Origin: an uncultured Acidobacteriota bacterium
Lineage (GTDB): Bacteria > Acidobacteriota > Vicinamibacteria > Fen-336
DNA: 64,000 nt
Direction of reading: 5' to 3'
Assembly (NCBI GenBank): GCA_963700695.1
Contig: CAVOYO010000012.1
Span: 100,393 to 164,392, forward strand
Position 1 is the stretch's first letter. Every line of letters starts with the position of its first letter. The position numbers and the translations under genes were made by a program. Shown here piece by piece: positions 1-9,599 of this stretch. Under the pieces are notes generated by a model. It was not told the DNA's origin and searched no databases. It saw nothing but the letters and a program-made list of their open reading frames with translations.

Positions 1-170
1 GTCTCGCTCCCGGCCGACCCTGCCTGGGCGGCGAGGGTCTCCCGGAGAGAGGGCGGCTGCTGCATCGCCGCCACTCTGTCGACGCGGGACAAAACGCCCC
101 CGCCCAGCAGGGCGAGACCCGAGCCCTTGAGCCAGGAGCGACGCGAGTTGCGAGTAGGAACGCGGTCCAT
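1..170 (-). CDS. Partial CDS (N-terminus only, gene continues beyond window start); exported protein with twin-arginine-like signal
   Basis: Reverse complement of 1-170 reads MDRVPTRNSRRSWLKGSGLALLGGGVLS... (S-RR-x-WLK Tat-like motif followed by hydrophobic core). GAGGAGG SD ~7 nt upstream of the ATG at 168-170. Not in ORF track because truncated by the window edge. Confidence 0.35.
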   Translation of the reverse strand, partial: MDRVPTRNSRRSWLKGSGLALLGGGVLSRVDRVAAMQQPPSLRETLAAQAGSAGSE

Positions 171-333
171 GGGAAACCTCCTCACAGGTCGGTCATCGGC
201 CGTGGGGATTCTACCGGAGAGCTCCGCGCCGACGGCGGAGACCCGCCGCGCGGCCGCGAGTCACGGTTGGCTCTACTGGGCCGCGGCCTTCAGGCTCGTC
301 GGCACCTCGAGGCGTCCTCCGGGATGTTGACAA

Positions 334-3104
334 CTAATCCGCCACCGGGTTGCCGTCGGCGTCGATGAGTCGGACCTCGCCGAGGTTCAGCTCCCGGATG
401 CCGGGCTCGATCTTGCTGCGGTCACCCACGACGACCCACACGGTGTGGTCGGGCTGGAGGGCAGCGTTGGCCTGATCCTTGATGTCGTCCAGCGTCAGCG
501 CTCGAACCTCGTCGGCGAACGTGCTCCAGTAGTCCTCGTCCAGGTCGAAGCGCACCATCTCCACGATGTCGTTCAGCACGGCCTCGTTGGTCTCCCAGCG
601 GCCGGGGAGGGTGAGCGTCCTCTGGTCCTTGACCCTGTCCAGCTCCTCCGGCGTCGGCGGTCGCTCGCCGCCCGAGCGGATGCCGGTGAGCTCCTTGTGG
701 ATTTCGGCCAGCGCCTCTTTGGTCTTGTCGGTCTGGACCGGCGCGTACACGAAGAACGGGCGTTGCGCGGCCGCGTCGGCGATGACGCTCCGGGCCCCGT
801 AGGTCCAGTGCTTGTCCTCACGCAGGTTCATGTTGATCCGGGCGCTGAAGTTGTCCCCGAAGATCCCGTTGAGCACGTCGATCGCGAGCTCGTTCGGGTT
901 GTTCCTGGGGGGCATGACGTGGCCGGCGAAGAGGATCGACTGCTCGGAGTCGGGCCGGTCCACGAGGTAGACGACCGACGCGGGGCTGGTGCTCCACCTG
1001 GGCCAGGTTCTTCTTCGGGACCTCACCCGGCTCCCAGCCGGCGAACAGGCGCTCGAGCCGCGGCGTCAGCTCGTCCGAGGGTGGTGTCGCCGACGACGAC
1101 CAGCGTGGCGTGGTCGGGCCTGAACCAGGTGGAGTGGAACTGCCTCAGGGTGTCCCGATCCAGCTTCGCGACCGACTCCTCCGTCCCCGAGCCGGTGAGC
1201 GGCTGGCCATACGCGTGGCCCTCTCCGTAGAGCAGCCGTGGGAAGACCCGCAGGGCCATCGACGTGGGCTCCACCTTCTCCCGCTGGATCCTCGCGAGCT
1301 GCTGCTTGCGCAGGCGCTCGAGCTCCTTCTCCGGGAAGGAGGGGTTGAGGACGACGTCCGCGAACAGCTCGAGTGACGGCTCGAGCTTCTCCTTCAGGGC
1401 TGACATCCGGGCGAACGAGAGGTCGAGATCCGACCCCACGTACAGGGTGGCCCCCAGACGATCGAGCTCGTCGGAGATCTCGAGCGCGTCCCGGCTCGCC
1501 GTTCCTTCGTCCAGCATGTCCAGGGCGAGGCGGGCGGTGCCCGGCAGGCCGAACTGGTCGGCGGCGTAGCCGGCATCCATCAGCAGGTCCATCTCCACGA
1601 CCGGGACCGCGTCGCGCCGGGCCAGGATCACCTTCAGCCCGTTCGAGAGCGTCGTGTGCTCACGCCTCGGAAGACGCGCGGTGGGGAAGTCGGCCACACC
1701 CGGGACGCCGGCCGCCCGATCCACGTCGCTCTCCGCCACCGAGTACTCGGCGAACGGCAGTACCTCCAGGGTGAAGACTCCGGGGGTGAGCCACCGCTGG
1801 GCCGTCTCCTGCACCTGCTCCGCGGTGGCGCCGAGGATCCGGGCCTGGGCCGCCTCGTGGCCGTCGGGGCTCCCGTAGTAGACCTGGCTCGCGGCCAGGA
1901 TGTCGGACTTGCCACCGAACCCGCCGACCCGCTCGATCCCGCGGATGAATCCGGCGTGCTGGCTGGTCTTGGACCGCTCGAGCTCCTCGGGCGTGGGGCC
2001 CTCCTCGAGCAGGCGGGCCACCTCTTCCTCCATGGCCCTCTCGACCGCGGCCAGATCGCCGCCGGGCTGGGCGGTGGCCGTGACGATGAAGAGGCCGCCG
2101 AGCTGGCGGGTGTAGTTGAAGGAGCCAACATCCGTAGCGATCTGGTCGTCGTAGACCAGCCTCTTGTGGAGCCGCGAGCTCTTGCCGCTGGTCAGGATGT
2201 CGCTCAGGATGTCCAGGTACTGCTCGTCGGGGTCCCCGAAGGCGGCGACGTTCCACACCTTGTAGATGCGGGCCTGGGGCACGCGGTCCTGGATCGTGTG
2301 CCGGCTCGGCTGGGTGCGCGGCGCGACGTTCGGGCCCGGCTTGATGAGCGGCGGCCCGGACGGGATGTCGCCGAAGTACTTCTCCACTCGGCGCTTCACA
2401 TCCTCGGGCTCCACGTCGCCGGCGACCGCGAGGACGGCGTTGGCCGCGCCGTAGTACGTCTGGAACCACTCGTGCACGTCCTCGAGCGAGGCCGCGTCCA
2501 GGTCCGCCATCGACCCGATCACCGAGTGGTCGTAGGGGTGGCCGGTGGGGTAGGTGTTCTCGAAGATGGTGAGGAAGGCCTTGCCGTAGGGCTGGTTCTC
2601 GCCCTGCCGCTTCTCGTTCTGGACGACGCCGCGCTGCTCGTCGAGCTTGTCCTGGGTGATCGCACCCAGCAGGTGTCCCATGCGGTCGGACTCCATCCAG
2701 AGCGCCATGTCGAGGGCCGTCTTCGGCACGACCTGGAAGTAGTTCGTCCGGTCGTTGTTGGTGGTTCCGTTCATCCCGGTGGCGCCCACGCGATCGAACG
2801 GCTTGAAGTAGTCGTCGTCGTAGTGCTCGCTGCCGTTGAACATCAGGTGCTCGAAGAGGTGGGCGAAGCCCGTCTTGCCGGCCTTCTCGTCGGCCGAGCC
2901 CACGTCGTACCAGACGTTGACCGCGACGACCGGGGCCTTGTGGTCCTCGTGGACGATCAGCGTCAGCCCGTTGTCGAGGACGTACTTCGTGTAGGGGATG
3001 GGGATGACGCCAGCGGGGGTCTCCTCGGCGAGGCTCGCGCCGGTAGGGCCACCCATGGTGACAAGAGCGACGCTCAGCGTCGCGAGAAGGGACGGCGTTC
3101 TCAT
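334..3104 (-). CDS. M16 family zinc peptidase (insulinase-like, two M16 N/C half-repeats), reading frame broken by two apparent +1 indels near 1000-1090
   Basis: 693-aa ORF (1023..3104) has HLFEH (HxxEH) zinc motif, signal peptide and M16 N+C+N domains. 230-aa ORF (334..1026) is the last M16_C domain. A third frame between them reads VVVGDTT-SDELTPRLERLFAGWEPGEVPKKNLAQVEHQ, the expected M16 sequence. Both shifts sit in C-runs. Confidence 0.7.
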
Positions 3105-3323
3105 GTCGGGAATCCTCGCGAGAGATCAGGGTCCAGGCCCCGCGGCGGCGGGGGCCCAACACAGGAATCTACCTCATCGGCAGCTCTCGCGTACATCCCT
3201 CGCGGCGGGCATCCACCACGCGGAAGCGTGACGACCCGCACTGGTATACTGCCCGACGCCGTGGGACATGGCGCAAGGCCCGGCGTCGTCCGTATTCAAC
3301 CAGTTGAACCAAGGGGCAACGAT

Positions 3324-4082
3324 ATGAACCACCGCACCTTGCCCGTGTCCGTCGCCGCCCTGCTCGTCCTGCTGGTTGCCCTCCCCGTCGCCGCCGAAGA
3401 CGCACGCGAGATCGTGCGGGCCGCCTGGGAGCACTGGCGCGGGACCTCCTCGCAGGGCGAGATGACCATGACCATCCACCGCCCGGGCTGGGAGCGCTCC
3501 ATGTCGATGCAGGTCTGGACGCGAGGCCAGAAGCACTCCCTCGTCCGGGTCACCGCCCCGAAGAAGGACGCCGGAAACGGCACGCTCATGGTCGACAACA
3601 GCATGTGGACCTACGCGCCCCGGGTGAACCGGGTGATGAAGGTCCCCTCGTCCATGATGGGCCAGAGCTGGATGGGCTCGGACTTCTCGAACAAGGACGT
3701 CTCCCGGGCCGACACCATCGTCGACCAGTACGACCACACCCTCCAGGGCGAGGAAGAGCACGAGGGACACGAAGTCCACGTCATCGTGTCCGTACCTCAC
3801 GAGGATGCAGCGGTCGTCTGGGGCAAGGAGGTCCTCCGGGTGAGGGACGACAACGTCCTGGTGTCCCAGGACTTCTACGATCAGGACGGCAAGCTGGTGA
3901 AATCGCTGCGCTCGCTCGAAATCGGAAGGATGGGCGGTCGGACGCTCGCCATCCGTCAGCGCATGGAGAAGATGGAGGCGGACGACGAGTGGACCGAGAT
4001 CGTCCTCGAGAAGTGGCGCTTCGACCTCGATCTCTCTGAGAGCGTCTTCACGCTGTCCAACCTCCGCAACCCTCGCGACTGA
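3324..4082 (+). CDS. LolA-like outer-membrane lipoprotein-sorting/carrier protein (secreted)
   Basis: MNHRTLPVSVAALLVLLVALPVAAEDA signal peptide; ~250 aa; LolA_like-type composition. First gene of the FtsX/ABC operon. Real start is internal to track ORF 1656..4082, whose 5' part is antisense to the M16 gene. Confidence 0.6.
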   Translation: MNHRTLPVSVAALLVLLVALPVAAEDAREIVRAAWEHWRGTSSQGEMTMTIHRPGWERSMSMQVWTRGQKHSLVRVTAPKKDAGNGTLMVDNSMWTYAPRVNRVMKVPSSMMGQSWMGSDFSNKDVSRADTIVDQYDHTLQGEEEHEGHEVHVIVSVPHEDAAVVWGKEVLRVRDDNVLVSQDFYDQDGKLVKSLRSLEIGRMGGRTLAIRQRMEKMEADDEWTEIVLEKWRFDLDLSESVFTLSNLRNPRD

Positions 4083-4085
4083 CCC

Positions 4086-5315
4086 ATGGGCCTCACTCTC
4101 AAGCTCGCCTGGCGCAACCTCTGGAGACACCCGCGCCGCACGTGGCTCACCACCGGAGCGATGGTGTTCTCCAACGTCATCCTGGTCTTCATGATCTCGA
4201 TGCAGGTCGGGATGTACCAGATGATGATCGACAACAGCCTGCGCGCCTCGACCGGACACCTCCAGATCCAGGCGCGTGGCTACAACGAGGATCAGAAGAT
4301 CCGCCAGGTGGTGCCGCAGGTGAAGCCCCTCGCGGACCGGATGGGGAGCGAGCTCGGTCTGGACACGGTGGCCCCGAGGGCGGCCGCGTTCGCGCTCGCC
4401 TCCAGCACCGATCGGAGCTACGGCATCCAGATCGTGGGCGTCGACCCGTCGGCCGAGCTTCGGGTGTCCAGCCTGCCCGGGCTGATCGTCGAGGGCCGCT
4501 TCCTCGAAGGCCCCGCCGCCGAGGAGATCGTCGTCGGCAAGGTGCTGGCCCGAAACCTGAAAGCGAAGGTGGGTGACGAGCTGACCTTCATGGGAGGCGG
4601 GCGGGACGGCTCCTTCGCCGCCGCGGTCGTGACCATCGTGGGCATCCTCGAGACCGGCAACCCGGAGATGGACCGCAGCCTGGCCCAGGTCCCGCTGGCC
4701 TTCTTCCAGGACATCTTTGCCATGGACGGGGCTGGCCACAACGTCGTGTTCCTCGCCCCCGATCTCTTCCAGGTCGCAGCGGTGAAGTCCCGTGTCGAGA
4801 CGCTGCTCCCGGCCGAGGAGAACCTGGCCGCCCTCGACTGGGACCAGCTCATGCCCGGGCTCAAGCAGGCCATCCAGGCGGACATCTCCAGCGCCATGTT
4901 CATGTACCTCGTGCTGGTCGTGCTGGTGGCCTTCAGCGTCCTCAACACCCAGCTCATGTCAGTTCTCGAGCGCACCAAGGAGTTCGGCATCGTGATGTCG
5001 CTGGGGGTGAGCCCGGGCCGTCTCGGACGTCTCGTACTTCTCGAGACGACGCTGATGGGCCTGCTGGGGCTCGTCATCGGGGTTGTTCTGGGCGGGGTTC
5101 TCGTCCTCTGGTTCAGCATCCACGGGCTCACCTTCCCGGGCCTGGACGAGATGGCGGGTCAGTTCAACCTGCCGGATCGGATCTACATGCAGGTCACTCC
5201 GATCGGCCTCCTGTTCGGACCGACCGTCGTCCTGCTCGCGAGCATGCTGGCGACCCTCTATCCCATTGCCCGGCTGCGTCGGCTGGAGCCGGTGGACGCG
5301 ATGAGGGCCGCGTGA
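4086..5315 (+). CDS. ABC transporter permease, FtsX/MacB/LolC-like
   Basis: N-term LKLAWRNLWRHPRRT typical of FtsX-family permeases. N-terminal TM, large periplasmic domain, 3 C-terminal TMs. 4-nt gap to the upstream gene. Confidence 0.85.
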   Translation: MGLTLKLAWRNLWRHPRRTWLTTGAMVFSNVILVFMISMQVGMYQMMIDNSLRASTGHLQIQARGYNEDQKIRQVVPQVKPLADRMGSELGLDTVAPRAAAFALASSTDRSYGIQIVGVDPSAELRVSSLPGLIVEGRFLEGPAAEEIVVGKVLARNLKAKVGDELTFMGGGRDGSFAAAVVTIVGILETGNPEMDRSLAQVPLAFFQDIFAMDGAGHNVVFLAPDLFQVAAVKSRVETLLPAEENLAALDWDQLMPGLKQAIQADISSAMFMYLVLVVLVAFSVLNTQLMSVLERTKEFGIVMSLGVSPGRLGRLVLLETTLMGLLGLVIGVVLGGVLVLWFSIHGLTFPGLDEMAGQFNLPDRIYMQVTPIGLLFGPTVVLLASMLATLYPIARLRRLEPVDAMRAA

Positions 5316-6541
5316 TCCAGGGAAGGGTCACCCTGCGACTCGCCTGGCGGAACCTCTGGCGGAACCACCGCCGCACGCTCATCATGCTGGCCGCCGTCGT
5401 CGTGGGCTCCTGGGCGATGATCTTCTCGACCGCGCTCATGCGCGGCATGGTCGACGACATGGTCCAGGACGGGATTCGCTCCCTTCCCGGCCACGTTCAG
5501 GTGCACCACCCGGACTTCCGCAACGATCCCAGCGTCGCGAACGCCATCGCCCCGCCCGCCGAGGCGCTGCTGCGGGTGCTGGGGCAGCCGGAGGTGGTGG
5601 CGTGGGCGGCCCGGGTCCGGGTCCCCGCGGTGGTGTCGAGCGAGCGGAACACCCGGGGCGTCGTCCTTGTCGGGATCGACCCGGAGCGCGAGCGGGAGCT
5701 CTCCTTCGTGGCCGGCGACATGGCCGACGGTCGGTTCCTCGAGTCGCCGGAGGACGAGGGGCTCGTGGTGGGTCGCAAGCTGCTCGAGCGCCTCGAGACG
5801 GACCTCGGCAAGCGCGTCGTCGTCATGAGCCAGGACGAGGACAACGAGATCGCGGACCGTGGGTTTCGGGTCGTCGGGGTCTTCGAGTCGAGCATGCAGG
5901 CCCAGGAGGACGGCTTCGTCTTCGCGGGCAAGGCCACGGTCCAGCGGCTCCTGAATATGGGCAATCGAGTGTCGGAGATCGCGGTGCTGGGCACGGACTA
6001 CCGCAACGTCGGAGGCCTCCAGAGGCGTGTCGAGGAGGCCGCGGGCCCCGGAGTCGTCGTCCAGCCCTGGGCCGAGCTGGAGCCCTACCTGGGCAGCATG
6101 CTGGGGATGATGGACGGCTTCGTCCTGGTGTGGATCGTGGTGGTCTTCCTGGCCCTGGCCTTTGGCCTGGTCAACACGCTGGTCATGGCCGTCTTCGAGC
6201 GGGTCCGCGAGATCGGGCTGATGCTCGCGCTGGGAATGACGCCGGCCTACATCCGTGCCCAGATCATCGCGGAATCGACCCTGCTGCTCGCCCTGGGGCT
6301 CCTGGTCGGTGACATCCTGGCCTGGGCCACCATCGAGCCCCTCAAGGGGGGCATCGACCTGTCGATCGTCGGGGAGGGGATGGAGTACTTCGGGGCCGCC
6401 GCCGTCCTCTATCCGGCTCTGCGCTGGGAGGACGTCGTCCTGGCCAACGTGGTCGTGATTCTGCTGGGCTTCATCGCCAGCCTCTCGCCGGCCTGGCGGG
6501 CCTCGCGCTACGAGCCCGTCGAGGCCATCACGAAGGTTTGA
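5312..6541 (+). CDS. ABC transporter permease, FtsX/MacB/LolE-like (second paralog)
   Basis: LRLAWRNLWRNHRRT N-terminus; same architecture. Overlaps previous stop by 4 nt (translational coupling). Confidence 0.85.
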   Translation: MIQGRVTLRLAWRNLWRNHRRTLIMLAAVVVGSWAMIFSTALMRGMVDDMVQDGIRSLPGHVQVHHPDFRNDPSVANAIAPPAEALLRVLGQPEVVAWAARVRVPAVVSSERNTRGVVLVGIDPERERELSFVAGDMADGRFLESPEDEGLVVGRKLLERLETDLGKRVVVMSQDEDNEIADRGFRVVGVFESSMQAQEDGFVFAGKATVQRLLNMGNRVSEIAVLGTDYRNVGGLQRRVEEAAGPGVVVQPWAELEPYLGSMLGMMDGFVLVWIVVVFLALAFGLVNTLVMAVFERVREIGLMLALGMTPAYIRAQIIAESTLLLALGLLVGDILAWATIEPLKGGIDLSIVGEGMEYFGAAAVLYPALRWEDVVLANVVVILLGFIASLSPAWRASRYEPVEAITKV

Positions 6542-7236
6542 CCATGCCTGCTGTGCGCTGTGTGGACGTGTGCAAGACCTACCGACAGGGCGAGCTCGAG
6601 GTGAAGGGCCTCGATCACGTCAGCCTCGACATCGACGAGGGCGGGTTCGTCTGTCTCTCCGCCCCGTCCGGCGGCGGCAAGACGACCCTCCTCAATGCGA
6701 TCGGCGGCCTCCATCGGATCGACAGCGGCGAGATCTGGCTGGCCGGAAAGCGCATCGACGGCCTGAGCAGGGGCGAGCTCGCGAACCTGAGGCTCCACCA
6801 GATGGGCTTCGTGTTCCAGGCCTACAACCTCATCCCGGTGTTGACCGCGCGGGAAAACGTGGAGTTCGTGATGGAGGTCCAGGGGATCTCACCCGAGCCG
6901 CGACGGGAGCGCTCGCTGGAGATCCTCGAGGAGGTGGGGCTCAAGGGGCTCGAGGACCGGCGGCCGGCCAAGATGTCGGGTGGCCAGCAGCAGCGGGTTG
7001 CGGTCGCTCGGGCCATCGCCTCGCGCCCTACTCTGGTTCTAGCCGACGAGCCCACCGCCAACCTGGACTCGCACACCGCGGAGCAGCTGATGCAGCTCTT
7101 CGTGGAGCTCAACACCCGGCACGAGACGACCTTCGTGATCGCCACCCACGACCAGCGGGTGATGAGATACGCGCGCCGCATCGTCCGCATGCTGGACGGC
7201 AAGATCGTCGAGGACACGGAGCAAGAGGCCGCGTAG
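6538..7236 (+). CDS. ABC transporter ATP-binding protein (LolD/MacB ATPase-like)
   Basis: Walker A GGGKTTLLN, signature LSGGQQQRVAVARA, Walker B LVLADEPTANLD. Start overlaps upstream stop. Confidence 0.9.
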   Translation: MTMPAVRCVDVCKTYRQGELEVKGLDHVSLDIDEGGFVCLSAPSGGGKTTLLNAIGGLHRIDSGEIWLAGKRIDGLSRGELANLRLHQMGFVFQAYNLIPVLTARENVEFVMEVQGISPEPRRERSLEILEEVGLKGLEDRRPAKMSGGQQQRVAVARAIASRPTLVLADEPTANLDSHTAEQLMQLFVELNTRHETTFVIATHDQRVMRYARRIVRMLDGKIVEDTEQEAA

Positions 7237-7237
7237 A

Positions 7238-8530
7238 TTGCTCCGCCGGCGGCCGAGAACGCGCCGTCCACGCCCGGCCGCCCTGCTCGCTTTCGCCCTC
7301 ATCGGTCTGGGTGCCGCTCCCGCCCTCGCCCAGGGGACGACCGTGGAGTTCGGCGGGCACGTCAAGTACCAGCTCCTCGTGACGACCTACCCCGAGGACA
7401 GCCTCTTCCAGGAGCTGACCGGGAGCCAGGCCCTGGATCAGAACCTGGACCTGCGCCTCAACCTGGACGTCGACCGCGGGGCCTGGAATCTCGACGTGGA
7501 CTACCAGCTCGTCGGGCTCTTCGGGGACACGATCGACTTCACCCGGGACTTTCCCCCTCTGCTCCAGCTCGTGGGCCGACTTCCGCAGGACGACACCCGG
7601 CTGTTCAACCTGACCTACGTCTTTCGGGACGAGGGCCGGGCGGCCGTTCTCCAGCGGCTGGATCGGGCGTCGATCGGGTACTCCGGGGAGAAGGCGGTGG
7701 CCCGGTTCGGTCGCCAGGCCATCAGCTGGGGCAACGGGATGGTCTACACAGCCATGGACATCTTCAACCCCTTCGACCCGGCGGCCGTCGACAAGGAGTA
7801 CAAGACCGGCGACGACCTGCTCTACGGGCAGTACCTGCGCGGAAACGGCCACGACCTTCAGGGCGTTGCCGTGTTCCGGCGGAATCTCGCGACCGGGAGG
7901 GTCGACGCCGACTGGAGCTCGCTCGCGCTGAAGTACCACGGGCTGAGCGGGGGGAGCGAGTTCGATGTCCTCGTGGCCCGGCACTTCGCCGACCCTCTGC
8001 TGGGCGGGGGCGGCAGCCAGAGCCTCGGCGGCGCGGTCTGGCGTGGCGACGTGGTGGTCACCTTCGCCGACGAGAACACCGTCCTCTCCGCGGTCACGAG
8101 CCTGAGCTACTCGTGGGTGTGGGGAGGCAAGAACCTCAGCGGGGTGCTGGAGTACTACTTCAACGGGTTCGGGCAGCCCGACGGCCAATACGACCCGGAG
8201 AGCCTGGCCGAGAACCCCGAGCTGATCCGGCGTCTTGCCCGCGGCGAGCTCTTCACCCTGGGTCGGCACTACGTCGTCGGCAGCGCCCTGGTCGAGCTCC
8301 ACCCGCTGTTCCATCTCACGCCGAGCATCTTCACGAACCTGTCCGACGGCAGCGCGCTGATCCAGCTCGCGACGAAGAACGACCTCAAGCAGGACCTGGT
8401 GCTGCTGGGCGCGCTGAACCTGCCCGTCGGTCCGAGCGGCACCGAGTTCGGGGGCATCGAGACCGACGTCCCCGGCGGGTTCCTGTCCAGGGGGCCGGGC
8501 CTCTTCCTCCAGCTCGCCTGGTACTTCTAA
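7238..8530 (+). CDS. Putative outer-membrane beta-barrel protein (signal peptide, C-terminal ...LQLAWYF)
   Basis: Arg-rich n-region + AAPALAQG signal; alternating amphipathic strands; terminal aromatic residue typical of OMPs. Starts 1 nt after ATPase stop (TTG start). Confidence 0.6.
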   Translation: MLRRRPRTRRPRPAALLAFALIGLGAAPALAQGTTVEFGGHVKYQLLVTTYPEDSLFQELTGSQALDQNLDLRLNLDVDRGAWNLDVDYQLVGLFGDTIDFTRDFPPLLQLVGRLPQDDTRLFNLTYVFRDEGRAAVLQRLDRASIGYSGEKAVARFGRQAISWGNGMVYTAMDIFNPFDPAAVDKEYKTGDDLLYGQYLRGNGHDLQGVAVFRRNLATGRVDADWSSLALKYHGLSGGSEFDVLVARHFADPLLGGGGSQSLGGAVWRGDVVVTFADENTVLSAVTSLSYSWVWGGKNLSGVLEYYFNGFGQPDGQYDPESLAENPELIRRLARGELFTLGRHYVVGSALVELHPLFHLTPSIFTNLSDGSALIQLATKNDLKQDLVLLGALNLPVGPSGTEFGGIETDVPGGFLSRGPGLFLQLAWYF

Positions 8531-8676
8531 GTCATTCCGAGTTCGGTGTGCGGACGTCGAACTCGGAATAGCGCGTTCCCTTCTCGCTCCGAGTCCGCAG
8601 AAACGGAAGCCGGACTCGGAGCTTTCTGTTCCGCTTCATCCCGAGTCCGCTGGGTCACGAGTCGGACTCGGAATAG
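8531..8676. repeat. Cluster of three REP-like palindromic elements (CATTCCGAG...CTCGGAATAG family)
   Basis: gtcattccgagttcgg...cgaactcggaatag; ctccgagtccg-loop-cggactcggag; cccgagtccg...cggactcggaatag. The same motif recurs at 20295 and 34725. The last hairpin overlaps the 3' end of the convergent methyltransferase gene. Confidence 0.7.
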
Positions 8677-9431
8677 TCCACCGGACGGAAGCAGGTCAGG
8701 TGACCATCGCCGTAGAAGACCTCGTAGCGATCCGACAGGAAGCCGCGGAGGCAGTCGGCGATGGAGAAGATGACCGGAGGGTCAGGCTCCGACTCGACCT
8801 CCCGGGCGAACCGCGTGTAGAAGTCGTGTCCGGGCCCGTCGGGGCGAACCGGCCGGTAGAGGTAGACGAAGCCGTACCCGGTGGCGGGGACGTTCCGGAC
8901 GTCGTCGACGATCCAGTCCACCCGATCCGGCGGCACTCCCAACCACTCCCGCAGCTCGTCGCCAATCTCGGCCATCCGCGCGGAGATCTCGATCTGGACG
9001 GTTCGGGTGTGGGGATACAGGACCTGAAGCAGCAGGCCCTGCAGACCGTTTCCCGCGCCGAAGTCGGCGCTCACCGTATCCCCGTCGATCCACGGGGCCG
9101 CCTTGAGGATCGGGCTCAGGCCGCCGGCGTGGTTCCAGTACCCCCCGGCCGCGTCCATCCGCCGCCGCTCGTCGGTGGTGTAGGGGGCCTCGTGCATGTG
9201 GAGGTGGGCGTAGAGCTCGAGCAGCCTCTCCTCGATGGACTCGGGGTTGTCGCGCTGAGCCGAGGCCGCGAGACGATCCTGAAGCCGGGCGAAATCCGGG
9301 AACGAGGACCTCGGAGGGGTGGGCAGGCGCAGGAGAAGCCCGGTCAGCCCCGCGAGCCGTTCCGCCTCGTCCGGCGACCAGCCGGAGGCGACAAACGCGG
9401 AGCCCAGGCCGCGGTTCCAGAGAGCGCTCAC
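8655..9431 (-). CDS. Class I SAM-dependent methyltransferase-like protein
   Basis: DFGAGNGLQGLLL glycine-rich SAM-binding motif I, followed by acidic motif; 258 aa. Confidence 0.6.
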   Translation of the reverse strand: MSALWNRGLGSAFVASGWSPDEAERLAGLTGLLLRLPTPPRSSFPDFARLQDRLAASAQRDNPESIEERLLELYAHLHMHEAPYTTDERRRMDAAGGYWNHAGGLSPILKAAPWIDGDTVSADFGAGNGLQGLLLQVLYPHTRTVQIEISARMAEIGDELREWLGVPPDRVDWIVDDVRNVPATGYGFVYLYRPVRPDGPGHDFYTRFAREVESEPDPPVIFSIADCLRGFLSDRYEVFYGDGHLTCFRPVDYSESDS

Positions 9432-9599
9432 TCGGCGTTTGTATCACGCGGGCGGAGCACCCGAGAGGGACACGCCACGAGTCTTGTCGTCTCGCGCCAG
9501 CCGGCACTCGCCCGATCGTCCGCCTTGGGCGGAGACGCCCCGATCCCCTAGAATGCGGGCCCGGGCGGAAGGATCCGCTCGGTCAGGATCGGAGGACGG

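Noticed and set aside
1656-3323. 5' two-thirds of the 808-aa plus-strand ORF 1656..4082
   Set aside because: Antisense to the M16 peptidase gene. Arg/Gly/Asp/Val-rich low-complexity translation typical of GC-rich antisense frames. Only the last 252 codons (from ATG 3324, with a signal peptide) look like a real protein.
3174-4739. 521-aa minus-strand ORF
   Set aside because: Antisense to the LolA-like and FtsX genes, whose motifs are unambiguous.
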